From Octopus vulgaris (taxonomy: Eukaryota), in assembly GCA_951406725.2 (NCBI GenBank), contig OX597815.1:56792001-56856000 (forward strand): a stretch of DNA of 64,000 bases, in the 5' to 3' direction. The position numbers and the translations under genes are program-made. This document shows, piece by piece, positions 38,200 through 52,861 of the stretch. Below the pieces are notes generated by a model that worked only from the letters and a program-made list of their open reading frames with translations, searched no databases and was not told the DNA's origin. Numbering within the stretch: the stretch's first letter is position 1; each line of letters starts with the position of its first letter.

Positions 38200-40800
38200 A
38201 TTTAAGAATGGATCCACGATTTTCTACTCCCTACAGCAAAAAAAGATTGAGCTCCTATATTCAGGATACTTTTGATATTGTGTCCAAAATTAACAACCTT
38301 TCTAAACACCAAAGTTGTATTGAAAACTATTTTTTGTAACTATGGATGTTTCTTCACTATACTCCAACAATAACCATGATGAGTTGGGTGGAAATATGTA
38401 TGAATGCCTTTGAAAAACGGTCAAACAAAAGTATTCCATCTAATTTTCTCTATAAACTATTGAAGTCTGTGTTACAAAGTAACACAATGAAGTTTGGGCA
38501 AAGATTTTACCATCAGACAAAGTGGGGTGCCATGAGTACTCCCATGGCAGTTAATTTTGCAAATGTCTTCATGACATTATTTGAGACACAGTTCATGGAG
38601 ATACTCAAATCTCTGAATAGTCATGAACCAACACTCCATTTACAGTTCATTGACATTTTTTTCTCTGAGAAGGATTGCAGGATGGTTTAGTTTTGCATTT
38701 CTTTGACAGCTTCACAAAAACCTGACTCTAAATCTGATATAAAATTCTCATCAAGCTCTTTAAAAATCTAATGTCAAGTTTTTAGAGCAAAATAATTGTC
38801 ACTATTCAACCTTCTAGAAGAAGGCTGAATAGTGACAGTTATTTTTGCCCACATTATCCCACGTCTATCTTCACCATTGCTCCAGTCATCCACATCATAC
38901 AATTAAGTAAAATCTAAAGTTCTAGATTTAGAGGATAAAATGGATTTGTACTGATGTAAGAGATTATTGGAAGCATGCAAATGCTTTTGTGTGCCAATGT
39001 CAAACATGGTTGTTGTCTTGCAAACAACTTGCAGATGTAAGTGTTACCAGTTAAAAGCTCCATATATCGGAAGCTAGCAAGTGTATGGGGTCATCAGGAG
39101 AGAATGCGCGCCATTTCGGGGCCTACCTCTCGACGGCATCAATGCGCACCGGCCCCCTCACTGATATGAGGCCCCGCTTGCTAGATCAGCTGGTTATGAA
39201 GAACTCAATATACTTCTAGCCATCACTCATCGTCTCTTTTTAACCAAATCCAGTGGCTAGCCTTCTCCACTGTAGATTGGATATCAGTCATGGTGGTATT
39301 GACTTTACGATGAGTTAGGCCTAACGATAACAACAGTCGTCTCACGCTGTGTCCTACAAACCCTCTACATCCGACTTCAATAGGAAAATGTTCCGCTTTC
39401 CAGCCTGCGTCTTCACATTCCTCGAGGAGGTTTTCATAACGGTTTAATTTTCGAGCTCGAGCGGCATCTATATTATCTTCGTGAGGAACCGTTAGCTCGA
39501 CTATATTTACAACTTTCTTTCTTTCACACCACATCAAAATATCTGGTTTTTTCGAAACTGGGATGGGAAAGAAAACCTGGCACCCAGGTAAATCTGCAGT
39601 TACCTCCCAATAGTCGTTCCACTTTTCATTTTTCTCAGGAAGTTTCTTGGTCTTCTTCTTGAAACGGATCTGCTGACCTGGTCGCACGAAGGTAATGAAC
39701 TCTCTTGATGGTACTTTTAGCGATTTTTCCTCAGTGTTGTTGAGATGAATTTGGTTCTTTATAGCATTGAAGGTAACCTTAAGGACCAAGTTGTGCCTCC
39801 ATGTGTACCTGTTGAACAGTTGGAAAGAACAGTTGGAAAGAATATGTTTTAGTGTACCGACTTTTCCACATTTGCAGATGTCATTCTCTAAGACGTTCCA
39901 TCTTACTAGAATCATGATTAAAAGAAATCATAAATGATGTAACTAAAATTAGTAAGGAAAGTCAAAGTTTCATGCCTAATTTTAGCAGTCAAAGTAAAAT
40001 TTATGACCAAATTCCTTTACTGATTAACTGGTACCAAAATTATGTTGGCATTTCAAAAGTGTTGCATGAACTTACCAGCATATTTCAGAAAAACGTTTTC
40101 ATTTTAAACGAATATTTCTTCATTTGCCCATTGTAGGCTTCAGACACAATAAAAATATAATATAACTGTTAACCAGTACCTCTTATCCCAATAAAAACTC
40201 TATTGGAGTTTCTGAATGCTGCACCCTGCAAAACAGCAACAAAAGTGGTAAGCCCTGTTCATTGGGCAACAGTATGAGTCAAGTTGGCTCCATCACAAAT
40301 CATAACAAAAATATATTCAGGCACAATAATAGTTGTTTGGCAGAACTTGCTGAACATTTTACTTCAAACAGTTGTGAATTTGAGGAACACCTGAAAGTAC
40401 ACATTCCCAGAAAATATTCTGACTCTACTGCACTTTCAGTTTTCAAAACACATAAGGATAAATATATTTGTGAATTACTAATGCTAAACCCTGAAAGATT
40501 AAACAAAATGACAGGAGAATTCCATCACATATACACAAAACTGTCCTCTTTCCTGCTCTCTTTTTTCTTTTTCTTTGTTATGAGCTGTATGAAAGTGAAA
40601 ATTGATGACATCACTTTGTCTGTGAAGTAATGCAGGATATTCCTGTTAAAATTTTGAATTTCTGTATTTCAGTGGATTTTTATTTTGAATCCGAGGAAGA
40701 CAAACATACTACTATTGAAATATTGTTCAATTCAATAAACTGAGTCAATCTCTATTTATTACAAATCACATCATGCTTTTCTTATTGCTTATTTACCTTT
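38200..40800 (+). mobile_element. Old Penelope-like element (RT and GIY-YIG remnants), split by a HERO insertion
   Basis: NTMKFGQRFYHQTKWGAMSTPMAVNFANVFM (PLE RT motif B), FIDI, ELAEHF...LMLNPERLN endonuclease tail. Confidence 0.7.
39058..39917 (-). mobile_element. 5'-truncated HERO-like (RLE) non-LTR retrotransposon: CCHC finger, restriction-like endonuclease and 3' UTR
   Basis: Open 230-aa frame CKCGKVGTLKHILSNC..RYTWRHNLVL..KPD..VELTVPHE..PIEVGCRGF..WIWLKR; possible TSD ttaaaag at 39051 and 39918. Confidence 0.8.
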
Positions 40801-40827
40801 GTGAAGAGTTACATCAAACTTCATAAA

Positions 40828-43280
40828 TTATTATTATTATCATTATTATTATTATATGAAAACTCATAGCTTATTTTGCTGGGTATGATGGAAAGTGTCA
40901 GCTGTCCACAGCCAGCAGACTAAGGTGAAAGTTGTACTGGTCATGCTTCAAGAACCCTGCAAAGAATTCTTGCTGTTCCAAGCAATGTTGATTTTTGTAG
41001 GTGTTCTACCTTCACACTTGCACCAATCTTTTTCAGCCATGATGGTAGTTGAGTGCTAATACTTCCAAGTGCACCAATTACTATTATCACGCCTACTCTC
41101 TTCATTGACCACAACTTTCATATTTCCTGCTTCAAATCATCATCGTAGTTGCTTATTTTTTCTTCTTCTTTCACATTAATCCTGTTGTCACCAGGGCATG
41201 CTATGTTGATTATCATACATGTTCTTTTTTTTTTTATTCACTACAACAATGTTCAATTTCCAATGTCTGGTTGGGTGATCACACTGGATCATTGCATCCC
41301 AGATTCCTGCTCTGTATCAAAGTGATGTTATTGCCTACGTATTAACTGCTTGGGTTTTATTCCATCCAGTCAATTTTGAGCTCAATACCAACCTCAGTCT
41401 TCAAAAATGCTCTTTCATTTCCTTTTCCATTATCTTGTTGAACTCTAGTACATTAAGGTATCTGCATCCTTCTGTTTCAATTCAGTAATTCTATCCCTGC
41501 TAGGGACTATACCTTGCCTCCTTTTAGGTAGCAGTACTAAAACAGTGGACTGTTCACCAAGAAACTCACTTGTCTCATATTTGCCATGCAGTTTCAAATC
41601 ATCCATGAAGAGGAGGTGGTTGATTGTTTGGGAATTTTCCTTTAGTTTGTACATCTAAGTACGAAGATCAGGGGTATCATGCAGAGAACAAAAAACAACA
41701 GAGATAGGCTATCACCCTGGAAAATCCCTCCTCTGATACCCAGGGTGCCCAAGCTTTTTCCGTATGATGTCAGTTCAGTTTTCCATCTCACCATACTTCT
41801 CTTCAGGAAGCACATTACATTTCTCGCAATTCCAAACAGATCTAAGCACTCAATGATCCACAAATGTGGAATCATATCATAAGCTTCTTAATAGTCCATC
41901 CAGGCCATTTCCATATTTGTTCTACTTTGTTTACAATCTTGAATTACCATTTTGTCTATCAGTAGTCGATCTTTGGTACTTCTGCATCTCTTTCTACAGC
42001 CATTTTGTTCCGTCGGTAATATATCATTCTCATCAAGAAATTTATACAGTTCTTCTGAAATTCCTCCTGACAGTAACTTCCACATTAATGGGGGGGCAGG
42101 AAATTTGTCTCTGTGATTATCAGCAGCATTTCCCTTTGATGCATCCTTCAGGCACAACACTGTTCCTCCTTTTGTCAACCAGCCCAGGATTTCAATGAAT
42201 TAAATTGTTGTGCAATCAATTTATGGCAACTACTGAACTTTTTTTTATCCAAAATCCCTGCTGCTTTCCAATTGCTTATCTATTAACTCATATCTCTGAT
42301 ACTATCTTCTATGAAGCAGATAGCCTCTTACTGGGGATAAGAAGCTGTTTGTTTCAGGCTGCAGAGTCATTCAGCTGTAGTATTATGTTGTTCTTGCTTA
42401 CTCCATATCTTACCCCAGAAAAGTTAACTTTCATCAGCATCAGGGACTAATCTTTCACGTTTTTTATCATCATTAATCTCTTGATAAATCTTTTTTGGCC
42501 AGTTCTAAACAATTTGTTTTTGCCAGTATTGCTTAATCTGTTGTTTGAACCTAGTTAGCTTTGCTTCTTTTGCAAGTATGCTTTGCTTCTTTTGCAAGTA
42601 TGCGCTGCTTCAGTTCTTCAATTTCAACTTTCAGGCCTTTTGTATCTACACCATACTTCTTCCTAACTTTTTTGAATTTCCATTCATTCTTAAGTTCTCC
42701 ATTTCTTTTCCTGACAAATATTGACACTTCACTATTCAAGGAGTTTATATCTTCAGAAATTCTCCTTTTCCACTGTTTGTTTATTTCCTCCTTCTATCTG
42801 TTTCTGTTCTGTTCTCAATAGTTCTCAGTCCCATCCTTTCCACTATAATCCTACTAGCAGCCTTGATATGATTATTTGTTTGTGTGATGGTCTTTGTTTC
42901 AATGTGTCTCAATACATTATTGACTTTACTTGTCTCTTGATTTAGTCTCCATTGGTTAGCCTTCTTAAAGTTGCATATAAATTCTGTTCCTTCTGAATTT
43001 AATATATCCAAGATTCTGTCTATTATTAAATGATCTTCATTGTTTGATCTCAGTTCTGTCACAATTCACTATACCACTTTTGTTTCTCACATGTCCAGCA
43101 CCACCCGATATCTTTCTCTTAATAGTTTCTAGCTCTAATTCTGTTAATTATTCATTCTTACGTATTGCTCTTGCTTGGTCACATAATCTCTGTTCAGTAA
43201 TTTCAAACAGTTCCATTGCCTTCCATTCACTCTGAATTCATTGTCTGTCATCATCAGCTTAAGCAATGCTGAAACTGTGT
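40828..43280 (-). mobile_element. R4/Dong-clade non-LTR retrotransposon, degenerate, ending in (TAA)n
   Basis: MAWMDY*EAYDMIPH, GIFQGDSLS, INHLLFMDDLKL, C-terminus VIGALG..LQKSTLLGTARILCRVLE; (TAA)n-like tract at 40828-40857. Confidence 0.8.
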
Positions 43281-43812
43281 GAATGCTGGAAGTTTCTGAA
43301 ATTAGGGTCACTGCTAAGTGACCTCAGACCACTAAACTTAACATAACAGCCATTAGGGAAACCAAAGTATCCAAGTGTGACTATAAAATTTCCATTTTGT
43401 GCTGAAAAAAAACAGATTACATGGATTGAAAATATTCTTGACAGGTCTAAATCTTTCTGGATCAAAATGGTAGGTTGGTGGTTTGAGATGTATATAGCAA
43501 TAACTGTAATGATGATGCCTTGCAGATGGTGACTATGATCCAGCAGAGACTCGGACAGACTTTTTCAAGTGTTGAGGTGTCTGGGAAATTTCCTAGGAAC
43601 ATTTCACTTATTAGTGGTGGTGGGAGTTGAAATCGTATCCTAGACACAGTAGGAATGTATAGGAATAGCTGATGGGAGGAATAGTGTCGTTAAGACATTT
43701 CCAAATGTTTAACAAATATCAAACAAATTCTCTAAATGCATGTATGAGGGTTTAGTGAAGCTGTAGCAGACTTTCTGTGTCATGCTTAAATTAAGCTTTA
43801 GTTGGGTTGGAG

Positions 43813-45912
43813 CAGTGTTTCCCAATCTTTTCTATGTATCTTCATCAGAAGCAAATTTTAAACTGATATGTTCTAGCTCCCTCCCCATAAAAGTAATATC
43901 TCATTTGAAGATGAAGGTAAATTTTTATTAAATTTAAGCAACTATAAGCTAATTTTTGAATGACATGAAAAAAGATTTTTAAAAATTATTACAAATTCTG
44001 ATATGAAGTAACAGTACAGAAAAATTAAGCTTTTCATTCAGTGTGTTAAATGCATGTGTAAATTAAACAATTTCAAAAAACTAAAAACTAACATTTGAAA
44101 AACTGGCATTCAAAAATGTAAATTTTAAATTAGATTTAATGACTTTTTGTTCTTGTTTATGACTTTGTTGTAATATGATAGCGAGCCACATGTCTACTTA
44201 TGAATTTAGGTGATTTCTAGATTTTGTCTCGATTGGTAAAAGTAAATTGAATCCAGACTAACATAAGTATGTCATTGCAAATGGAATGCAGATATCTAGT
44301 ATCTTTTCACAAAGTCTTCCAAACATGTCCATTGTTGAGCACCAATACATTTCCAAAGTCTTGCTTTCAAATTGCATTTCAAGAATATGATTTGTTTGCT
44401 GATCAATAAGATCTTCTTTTTATTATTTTTCATTATTTGACATATTCCTCAAATTGTAAGAATATGAATTGTTGATCCACTGTTATGAAATCTTCAGTTA
44501 TGCAGCTGCAAAATATCTATCAAACAATTCTGACAACAAAACCGAATGAACCAGCATTTCTTCATGCTCATTAGAAATTATAGATCCTTTAACACCAACC
44601 ATTTTTTTCAAATGATGTAAAATTTCAATGATTAGCTTTTTACACCTGTTGATGCCAAAGAGTATGTTTATCTCTTTCTCTTGAAGAGAAACACTCAGAT
44701 AATTCATATGAGTGAAAATGTCAGCCAAGTAAGCAAACATTTGGATGAATTCATGATTTCTGTGCTCCAGGCAGATTATAGTCATGTTTTTCCAGAAAAA
44801 AAATTTGATTTCTCCTCACAGTTTGACAAGCAGGTTAAAGCTTCTCCTGCAGGAGCCAGTGGACTTCTGTAAAGCAAAATTATATGTTCATTTCCTAGAT
44901 CGCCACAAAACAGCTTAAAATGCAGTGGTTCACAGTATGACTCCTAATCCAGTTGATACCCTTTACACAAATGTTGAGCACTTTTTCAAATTTGATGGCA
45001 ATATTTTTGAAAGAATTACAATGTAGGAAACAAAGCAACTATCAAGTGTTATATTTCCCATTTCATGAGCACAGATTTATTTCCTAGCAAAGAAGTCTTT
45101 CACAATCTGGATCACATTCTTTCCTTTTGCGGTTGTTTGCAGATCTCCACAAAATCTTCTTTTACAGCACCTTCATTGGCATATCTTGCTTACGCAACTA
45201 GAAACATCAGTTGATTTGTCCAACTGGAGAGATCTGCAGGAGACTAGACTTGATATTTATGGTAACTTGATCTAAAACATCTTCAGTTAAGTCACCAATT
45301 CAGTTGTGAATAAATTATTTGATAATGGTACCAATTCAAACTTTCTTTTTGCTTCTTGCCCTAGAACAATTGTTATCATTTCTAATGCTCATAGTTTGAT
45401 AAGATCTTCTGCAATTGTATGGGGCCTCTAAAACTTAGCTATTTTATATGTAACTTAGTATGAAGCTAGAAGTAGTAGTTTGTCAACAGAAACAAAGCCT
45501 AACTTCAGAAGGATTCTTCCAGAATTGAAATGAGCTATTTTAATTTTCAGTGATTTAACATGATATCCTGCAGCATTATCTCCACTATGCTTGTTGTTGA
45601 AGCCCTCTTACAGCTTAGATGGCTTCAGATTTATATTGGAAAACACAGCATTACAAATCATGCACTGGAGTTTTTGTAAATCATCTTTTCTTGTGCAAGT
45701 GAAATCAAAATGTACATAGTCATCATTTCATTTTCTTTTTCTAACCTGATGAAGAGTTAATAATCTGTGAAAGAAATGGAACATATGAATAAATGTTGAT
45801 GGGAGGAAAAATCACAGAACCTGATATGCTGAAAATACTATCTTAAAAGTTGCTAAATTCAAGTTTTTGTACCCACTGAAATGTCATCTTGCACCCCAGT
45901 TGGGAACTCCTT
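43813..45912 (-). mobile_element. hAT Buster/Charlie-type transposon, degenerate
   Basis: TIR CAGTGTTTCCCAA vs TTGGGAACTCCTT; transposase remnants RKRK..DDYVHFDF..QCMIC..LKPSKL, AYLADIF..LSVSLQ. Confidence 0.75.
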
Positions 45913-47609
45913 AATTAGAGGATAAGGACAGTGTAAATTAATTCAAGGTGCTGAGCTACATAGACAATTTTACAATCTGTACAGTGAACCAAGATAAGGC
46001 TTTCTAGACAGGGTCTCAATACTAAAAGCTGAATGCATCATTTTTTGCGTATATGTTTCACTTTGGTTAGGTTCTGATTAACACTTAAAGACCTTAAATG
46101 CTTTGTCTATATTAATCTTACCACTCCATTTTGTTAAAAACTAGAAATTTTGGCGAAATGAAGTTAGTGCAGTGTGAAAATCATAAAAATATAACTATTG
46201 CACGAATCTGGAAGAGATCTCCTGATATGTTTGTATATATTGTGGATGTGGTTTACCTGTTCTTCCTTTTTACCTTTTGTCATGTCACTTTCATCTGCCA
46301 AAGTAGGTTGAATACAGATAAGTGTATAACATGTTAGTGTTTTCACATGTAGTTATAAAATATTAATTCTTGAGCATTAATATCCTGTCTCAAAGCTGAA
46401 TTTGTGCTTCAGTTAGTCTCTAACTTGGGAGCTGCACATTTTGAATTCAGGCCCTTCCAAAATAATTTTATTTTGCATCTCTCTAGGGTCAATAAAGTGC
46501 CACTCAAGCACTGGGGGTTATTGAATTAGTTAACACAGTTAAAGGGTGATCTAGTTGATGTGCAACAAAATATGTACTCTCTTGACTGGGGCAAGATGTA
46601 TGAAAACATATGTCTAGTGTATAAGACTAGGATAAGGCAAGGTTTGTGCACTGTGTACTTGCCTCGAAGCTTGTGTCACAGTATATAGACATGAAAAATA
46701 TAAGAGTCATGGCCAGAGATATTGGTACTGATGTGAAATGTTGAACTTCAGGTTACTTTTACAGAACAGTACACAGGCAGTAAGTGGTGTTGTGCATAAG
46801 TGACCTATAACATGTTAGAAGGAATTTGTATGGGCTCCCAGGCATTATTGATTCCCAGAACCCATTTAATCTGGTAGAGAAGAGTAGAAAGTTCAGTTGC
46901 TATATGTGTGAAAGTGAAAACCATTTGAGTTCTTATACAGGAACGGAAAAATGAAAACTAGAAAAAGGTAGCAACAAAGACATCAAGCAGTCACCACTCT
47001 AAAGATAGCAAGAGTAGAAACAGAAGCACATAATCATCTCCATTTCTTTCTCACCATTACAAATCCTCCAGGCAATTCTTTCGGAGGATGAAGAAATATT
47101 TTATGAGTGCCCCATTTCATTAGCATCTGATACTAATGGTGATTGATGTTTGTTATAGAAATAATCAGTAAAATTTCTAATTAGATAATAATTAATGTTA
47201 ATGAAAGTAGAAATATGTTTAAAAATTATAATTTATATATTTGAAGTAAAATAATATTACTTTTTTTTTTACATTAATTATGGTTTCCATATGTATTTAG
47301 TATATATTCTCTGGAATTAGTATATATTCTCTGGAAGTCTCATGATGACCAACTCATGAAGAATTACAGGTATTTTGCATGAGTGGCTTTAATGTTTCAC
47401 ATTAAGTTGGGTACTCAAATATACACGGAGGCTTTGATTATGTAAAAATAGGTCGAAAACCTAGATATAAGAGATCAACTGGAAGTAAGATGAAGAATAT
47501 AAAACTGACCTTGTAGAAGAAACCTTAATCTAATATAAATCAATATTAATCAAATTTAGATTCAAAGAAGTAAAAGAAATTATAGAAGTTCTTAATATAC
47601 TAATGAAAT

Positions 47610-48120
47610 TCTTTTATTCTTTTACTTGTTTCAGTCATTTGACTGTGCACATGCTGGAGCACTGCCTTGAAGGGTTTTAGTCAAACAAATTGACCCCCAG
47701 GACTTATTTTTTAAGCCTAGTACTTATTCTATTGGCCTCTTTTGCTGAACCATTAAGTTAAATGGACATAAACACACCAACACCAGTTGTCAAGTGGTGA
47801 CGGGCAGACAAACACACACATATCACGTGACTGACCAGACTATCAGATGTTATTACATATCATTGGTCACAATGCACTTTTGGATCGCTTTAGCCTTCAA
47901 GTGATGCCACCTTGCTGGCGAGGCAAACAGGCCAACATTCCCCCCCACCACCACCACCTGATGGGAAGGGGGACTAGAGCAATGTGAAATGGAGTGCTTT
48001 GCTCAAGAACACAGCACCCTGCCTGGTTTGAGAATTGAACCCATGATCTACTGATCGTAAGAGCAACAGCCTGTGGTTGGGAAGCTAGCTTTTTACCACA
48101 CAGCAACATCTGTACCTATG
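47610..48120 (-). mobile_element. SINE / SINE composite
   Basis: gtttcagtcatttgactg..catgctggagcac end motif, also at 52518 and in the 37.3-kb hairpin arms. Confidence 0.55.
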
Positions 48121-49501
48121 CAGAGAAATTTTGAAAAGCCTTTGTTAAGCCTATTACTGGAGGATATTTTTATAGGAATTGTGAAACTGAATAGTTAAGA
48201 AATAGTTTAAGAAAGATAAGAACCAACTTACTGCAAGTTACAAATAAGATCAGTAGATAGTGCTCTAGCTAATGCAAAATAGAATGTTTAGTCAGTCAAG
48301 CAATTATCTATGAAAGGCTAAATCAAGTTTTCCAATAAAGAGAAAATATTTCAGTTCTTCACTAATATCACTAATGTCAGTGGACTTTATTTCAAACTTT
48401 ACTTTCACCACCTAATACCAACACAAAATCCATTTCCAGTCCCTAACTCACTTTTGCTATCCAAACTAATGTCTGTATTCTAATTTGTTTGATACTGTAT
48501 CTACAGTAAGAAAGACAGATGCTGTACTTACTTTTCCTACTTGTTTTATTCACTTAGATACCAATAACAATGGTTTCAAACTTTAAACTCTTCATTTTTC
48601 ATAAGTTCATCTGCTGTCTCTTACACTCTCTAAATTATTCATTCTCTAAACTACCCAGATGTTTATCTTTCTCTCATCTGTTATTGACGACATCTGTCTC
48701 ACTTCACCCCTCCCTATATCTTCACCCTTAATACATACATATCTTGGTTCCCTCTATCCTCTTACACTAACATAACTGAACAGTCTGCAACACTTATTCT
48801 TGATCAATCCACTAATTCTTCAAATACTCTTGACTTCTTTCTTTCTTCTAAACATAACCTTTATTCTAGAATTAGTTTCAATGCTCATCAAATCTAATCA
48901 TTCATTGCCTAAACAAACCAATCCTTTCCATATCCTCCTCCTGTACAACAACCTCTTTTGTATGAAGGCTCTGTTATTACAATCAGCTAAAGTATCTCCT
49001 GACAGTTGCTCTTGTAGAAAGGTTCAAAATAACCACTGGAAAAATAATCAAGTTATTAGTCCAATAATAGAAGAGAGAAATTTACAAATCTCTATTACAC
49101 TCCCCATCTATGAACAAAGATACACCTTCTGTTCTATTCTTATATTGTCTCTTAACTAGTAAACTTACACATCATGAAATTTCTTGAAAAAAATTTGAGG
49201 CAGACAAGTAATGATAATAGAGTAAAATCTAACTTGAAATTTTATTCTGATCAGAAGAAGCCCGAGTACTCAGATATAGAAGTTGTTGAACATGTCATCT
49301 TGAAAGGTTATTAGCAAAATTTCACTCTATTTGTAACAAAGTATTGTATCAGTGTAGTACTGGGGTAAATAGTATCAACAACTGCCTCCTTTTCAAATTT
49401 TAAAATCATTGGCCCTGTACTTAAGTTAGAAAAATTTCTATTGTAAAAATTACTATTTATTTAACATTGCAGTTAATCTTTATTTTATTTTTTATTTTCA
49501 G

Positions 49502-49642
49502 AATAAATTTCTTAGTTTATCATTAGCTTTCAAAACAGACAAACAAACACTTAATCAGCGATTACAAATACAAAAGAATTCCAGGGATTTAGCTGAAGAC
49601 AATGTAGAAAAAGAATTAAAATGCTTAAGAGAAGCATCTGAG
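49502..49642 (+). CDS. Exon of an MRVI1-domain protein (IRAG/LRMP/Jaw1 family)
   Basis: Polypyrimidine+cag acceptor, GAG|gtaagt donor, 141 nt, phase 0/0: NKFLSLSLAFKTDKQTLNQRLQIQKNSRDLAEDNVEKELKCLREASE, resembling the family motif F..LSLAF..D..TL..R....ER.R.L.EEN.EKEL. Confidence 0.85.
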
Positions 49643-49918
49643 GTAAGTTAATTTACATGAATGTGTCTGTATCATATTTAATCATCATAAACATAAATCA
49701 TCATAATCATCAAAAATGGTAGCATTGTCATCCTTTTCTCCCTCTCCACCTTCTCTTCATTGCTACCAATTCACTGTTAACAAATACCTTTGTTCACCTT
49801 CATTCAATGCTCTTTTCCTAGTTCCAAGTATCACTTGATGCTCCTGAAATGAAATCTTATCAACTATACACTAAAGCTATCACCTATAGTTTAATTTTGC
49901 TCACATTTCTGTGTTTAA

Positions 49919-51100
49919 CCCTTTAGTGTTCAGACCAGCCAAAACTGGCTGAAAATAATTCCCCTTTATTTGTTTGAACTGGTCAAATCTGGCTGTATCT
50001 GACTCCTCTATGAAATCACTACAAAAATAAACAAATCACATTATCGAATTCTCATAACTTTGAGATAATGCAAGTTAAAGCCTTTCCTGCCTTTATTCAA
50101 GTAAAAATACTGCAAAATTTTTGAGACTTCTTGGTTTTTTCAATATTTGAAGAGAAGTGTATATCTTACTTTTTAACAATATGGTGTCAGCAAGTAGCTC
50201 TACCGACTTTGAAGGTTTTACTCTTGATGATGCACAAAATATAAATGAAAACTACAATGATTTGCCTTTGGACAAATATGATATTGATATTTATGAATCT
50301 TTGTTGAACGAGGAAGATTTTGATAATGAAAGTAATGAAAATGATATTGAAAACACTACGGCAACATGGTTGAAGATTACTAAATTAACCACAATTCCTG
50401 ATTTCACAGAAAAGACTAGTCCACAACTCAGTCTACCTCCCGATGCTCAACCATTGGACTATTTATTTTTATTTTTACTGAAACATTTTTGAAACTGTCA
50501 TAGAAGAAACAAATAGATATGCTCAACACATACTTTCTACTTATGGAAGACCCAATCCACTATGGCAGCCAACAGATACTGCAGAAATGTGAGCTTTTTT
50601 TACTATAAATATTATGTTTGGTATCAAGCAGCTTCCTCAACTGTGAAACTACTGGAGTCTTGATATAAGGTATGGTGATCCATATATCTCCAGCATTATG
50701 TCTATAGTTAATTCATATATTGTTTATGTAAAAAGCCACAAGGTACCTCTGCCACCAAAGGACTATGAGCATTTGAAATTTCAGGTTGTCATCGCATCTC
50801 AGTTACATGAGGGCTTTTCTTCCACAAAGCACAGAACAGGGAGAAAAGCAAAATTAACTGAGGTGGATGTCAACAGAGAAAATATTGACTTCCATAAAGT
50901 GGAAAAAATAAATGGAAGGAAAATGTTTGCAGACTGTGTTTGCTGCAAAAAAGAAAAACTGCAAAAGGATATCAGGTCCAGATATCATATATGTGTTTGT
51001 TTTGCGAAGTGCCCTTGTGTAAAGGGTGTTTTGGACAGTTTCATGATAGAAATATGGCATAACTATATTTTGGTATTTGATAGTAATACAATTATATATT
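49919..51100 (+). mobile_element. piggyBac-like element, internally deleted
   Basis: TTAA|CCCTTTAG left end; acidic N-terminus, PLDYLFLF..ETNRYAQ, NSYIVY, Cys-rich C-terminus; catalytic core missing; right TIR not found. Confidence 0.65.
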
Positions 51101-52502
51101 CCTTTCATTTTATTACAAATATATCTAAAAGTGAGAAATACATATTAATTTCCAGTATGTTACACACCTGTATTCACCTTTGTCTCACCTGTTAATGAGC
51201 TTTTTTTTTATTAGATGCATTCTGTTATTTAAATGTATTCATTAAATTGTATAAGAGTACATAGCCAATGGTATATTTTCCTCATCTTGAAAAGTGGCAA
51301 AATTGTTGGTGGTTGACATGTGGGATAATTTTAGTAACAAATCAAACAGGTAAGATGCATTAAGAAATTCAATTTTAGCATTTATCTATAATGTTATTGC
51401 TTTTACACTTGTTAATTAAATTTGCCTGCCCATAAAGTCAATTTTAATCAGAAAGATCAGCTAAAATTACATAACTATAAACCACTGGTATACAAGCACT
51501 CTCTGACAAAATTTCAAATCTACGACTAGTGTAGATGTAGAAACATTTATATTACATTATTCATAAGACATTTGATTAAAAAATATATAATTATTGTGAT
51601 GTATATTTATTTTATTTGTTTTTTTGTTGTCACTCTCTTCTATCACATTGTTTTCCCCCATTCTATGATCTGATTGCCTTCAAGTCTGAAGTAAATTCAT
51701 TCTTTTCATCTTAATTTTTCCTTCTCACCTTGTTGGGACTTTGTAATGAAATAAGAGAAAAAAACATTATTTTAGAACCCACAGTTGGACTGTGGGTTCT
51801 AGAATAATAGCTAATGTACTGGGGCCATATGTATTGAAGCATATTAAGATCTGTTAAAACATTACCAATGTAGTTGCACTATAACAGAATAGTACTATTG
51901 TTAGACTAGTGTCTTAGATTTTTTCAATATATTTGCTATAACTTAAATAAGTCATAATTAAAAAGTAAAGAGAAATGAGAATTTTCTCTCAAATGGCTTT
52001 AACTCTTTCTAGAGTGTGTTTGTTCACATCTAAACAAGAGATAACTAATGTTTGACAATAAATAGTTTTCAAAGATGTTCAACTTTAAGAGTACTACCTG
52101 TGTTAGCTTACACCACCTTGCACTTTCAGTACTACCTTTGTTGACTTTACCGAATCAAACACTTCAGAAAAAGACAATTTTGTAAGAAATTAGGGGAAGG
52201 TTGGGTAAGTTGAGCCAGTTAAGACTTGAGTAACATTAAAACTTGAATGACTGATGATCTTGCAGACCTTCAAATTTAATATTTGGGAAACATTTGTAGC
52301 TCGTTCTAACTTTCTATCCCCACACAGAAAGTCATCATGAGATTTGAAAAAAATGAATGTCAAATGGTTCAACTGCCTGTTGGGTAAGTTGATCAGTGCC
52401 CCAAATAAAGATAACTGAGGTACAAAAATATTGTTCTGCCTGAAAAATATATTCAATGATGTAACTACAACACTGAACAAAATGATTATCTTGTGTTCAT
52501 GG

Positions 52503-52774
52503 TTATTCTTTTATTTGTTTCAGTCATTTGACTGCAACCATGCTGGAGCATGGTCTATAGTCGAACACATTGATCCCTGGACTTCTTTGTAAGCTTAGTA
52601 CTTATTCTATCAGTCTCTTTTACTGAACCGCTAAGTTACAGGGACGTAAACATACCAACATCGGTTGTCAAGCAATGATGGGGGGACAAACACAGACACA
52701 AACATATATACACACACACATGCACACACACACACACACATATACATACATACATACATACATACATACATACA

Positions 52775-52846
<72 letters not shown>

Positions 52847-52860
52847 AATAAATATATATG
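52503..52860 (-). mobile_element. SINE 3' part with (TACA)n
   Basis: Same end motif as 47610; reverse complement of the tail of the 22119 SINE. Confidence 0.6.
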
Positions 52861-52861
52861 T

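Noticed and set aside
39088-39125. GAAA...CTGATGA in the HERO 3' UTR as a type-II hammerhead
   Set aside because: No stem I hairpin can form, and CTGATGA is better explained as paired in a helix.
52130-52181. Possible exon (tttcag...gtaag)
   Set aside because: Phase does not fit the upstream phase-0 donor (stop in that frame) and there is no MRVI1-like peptide.
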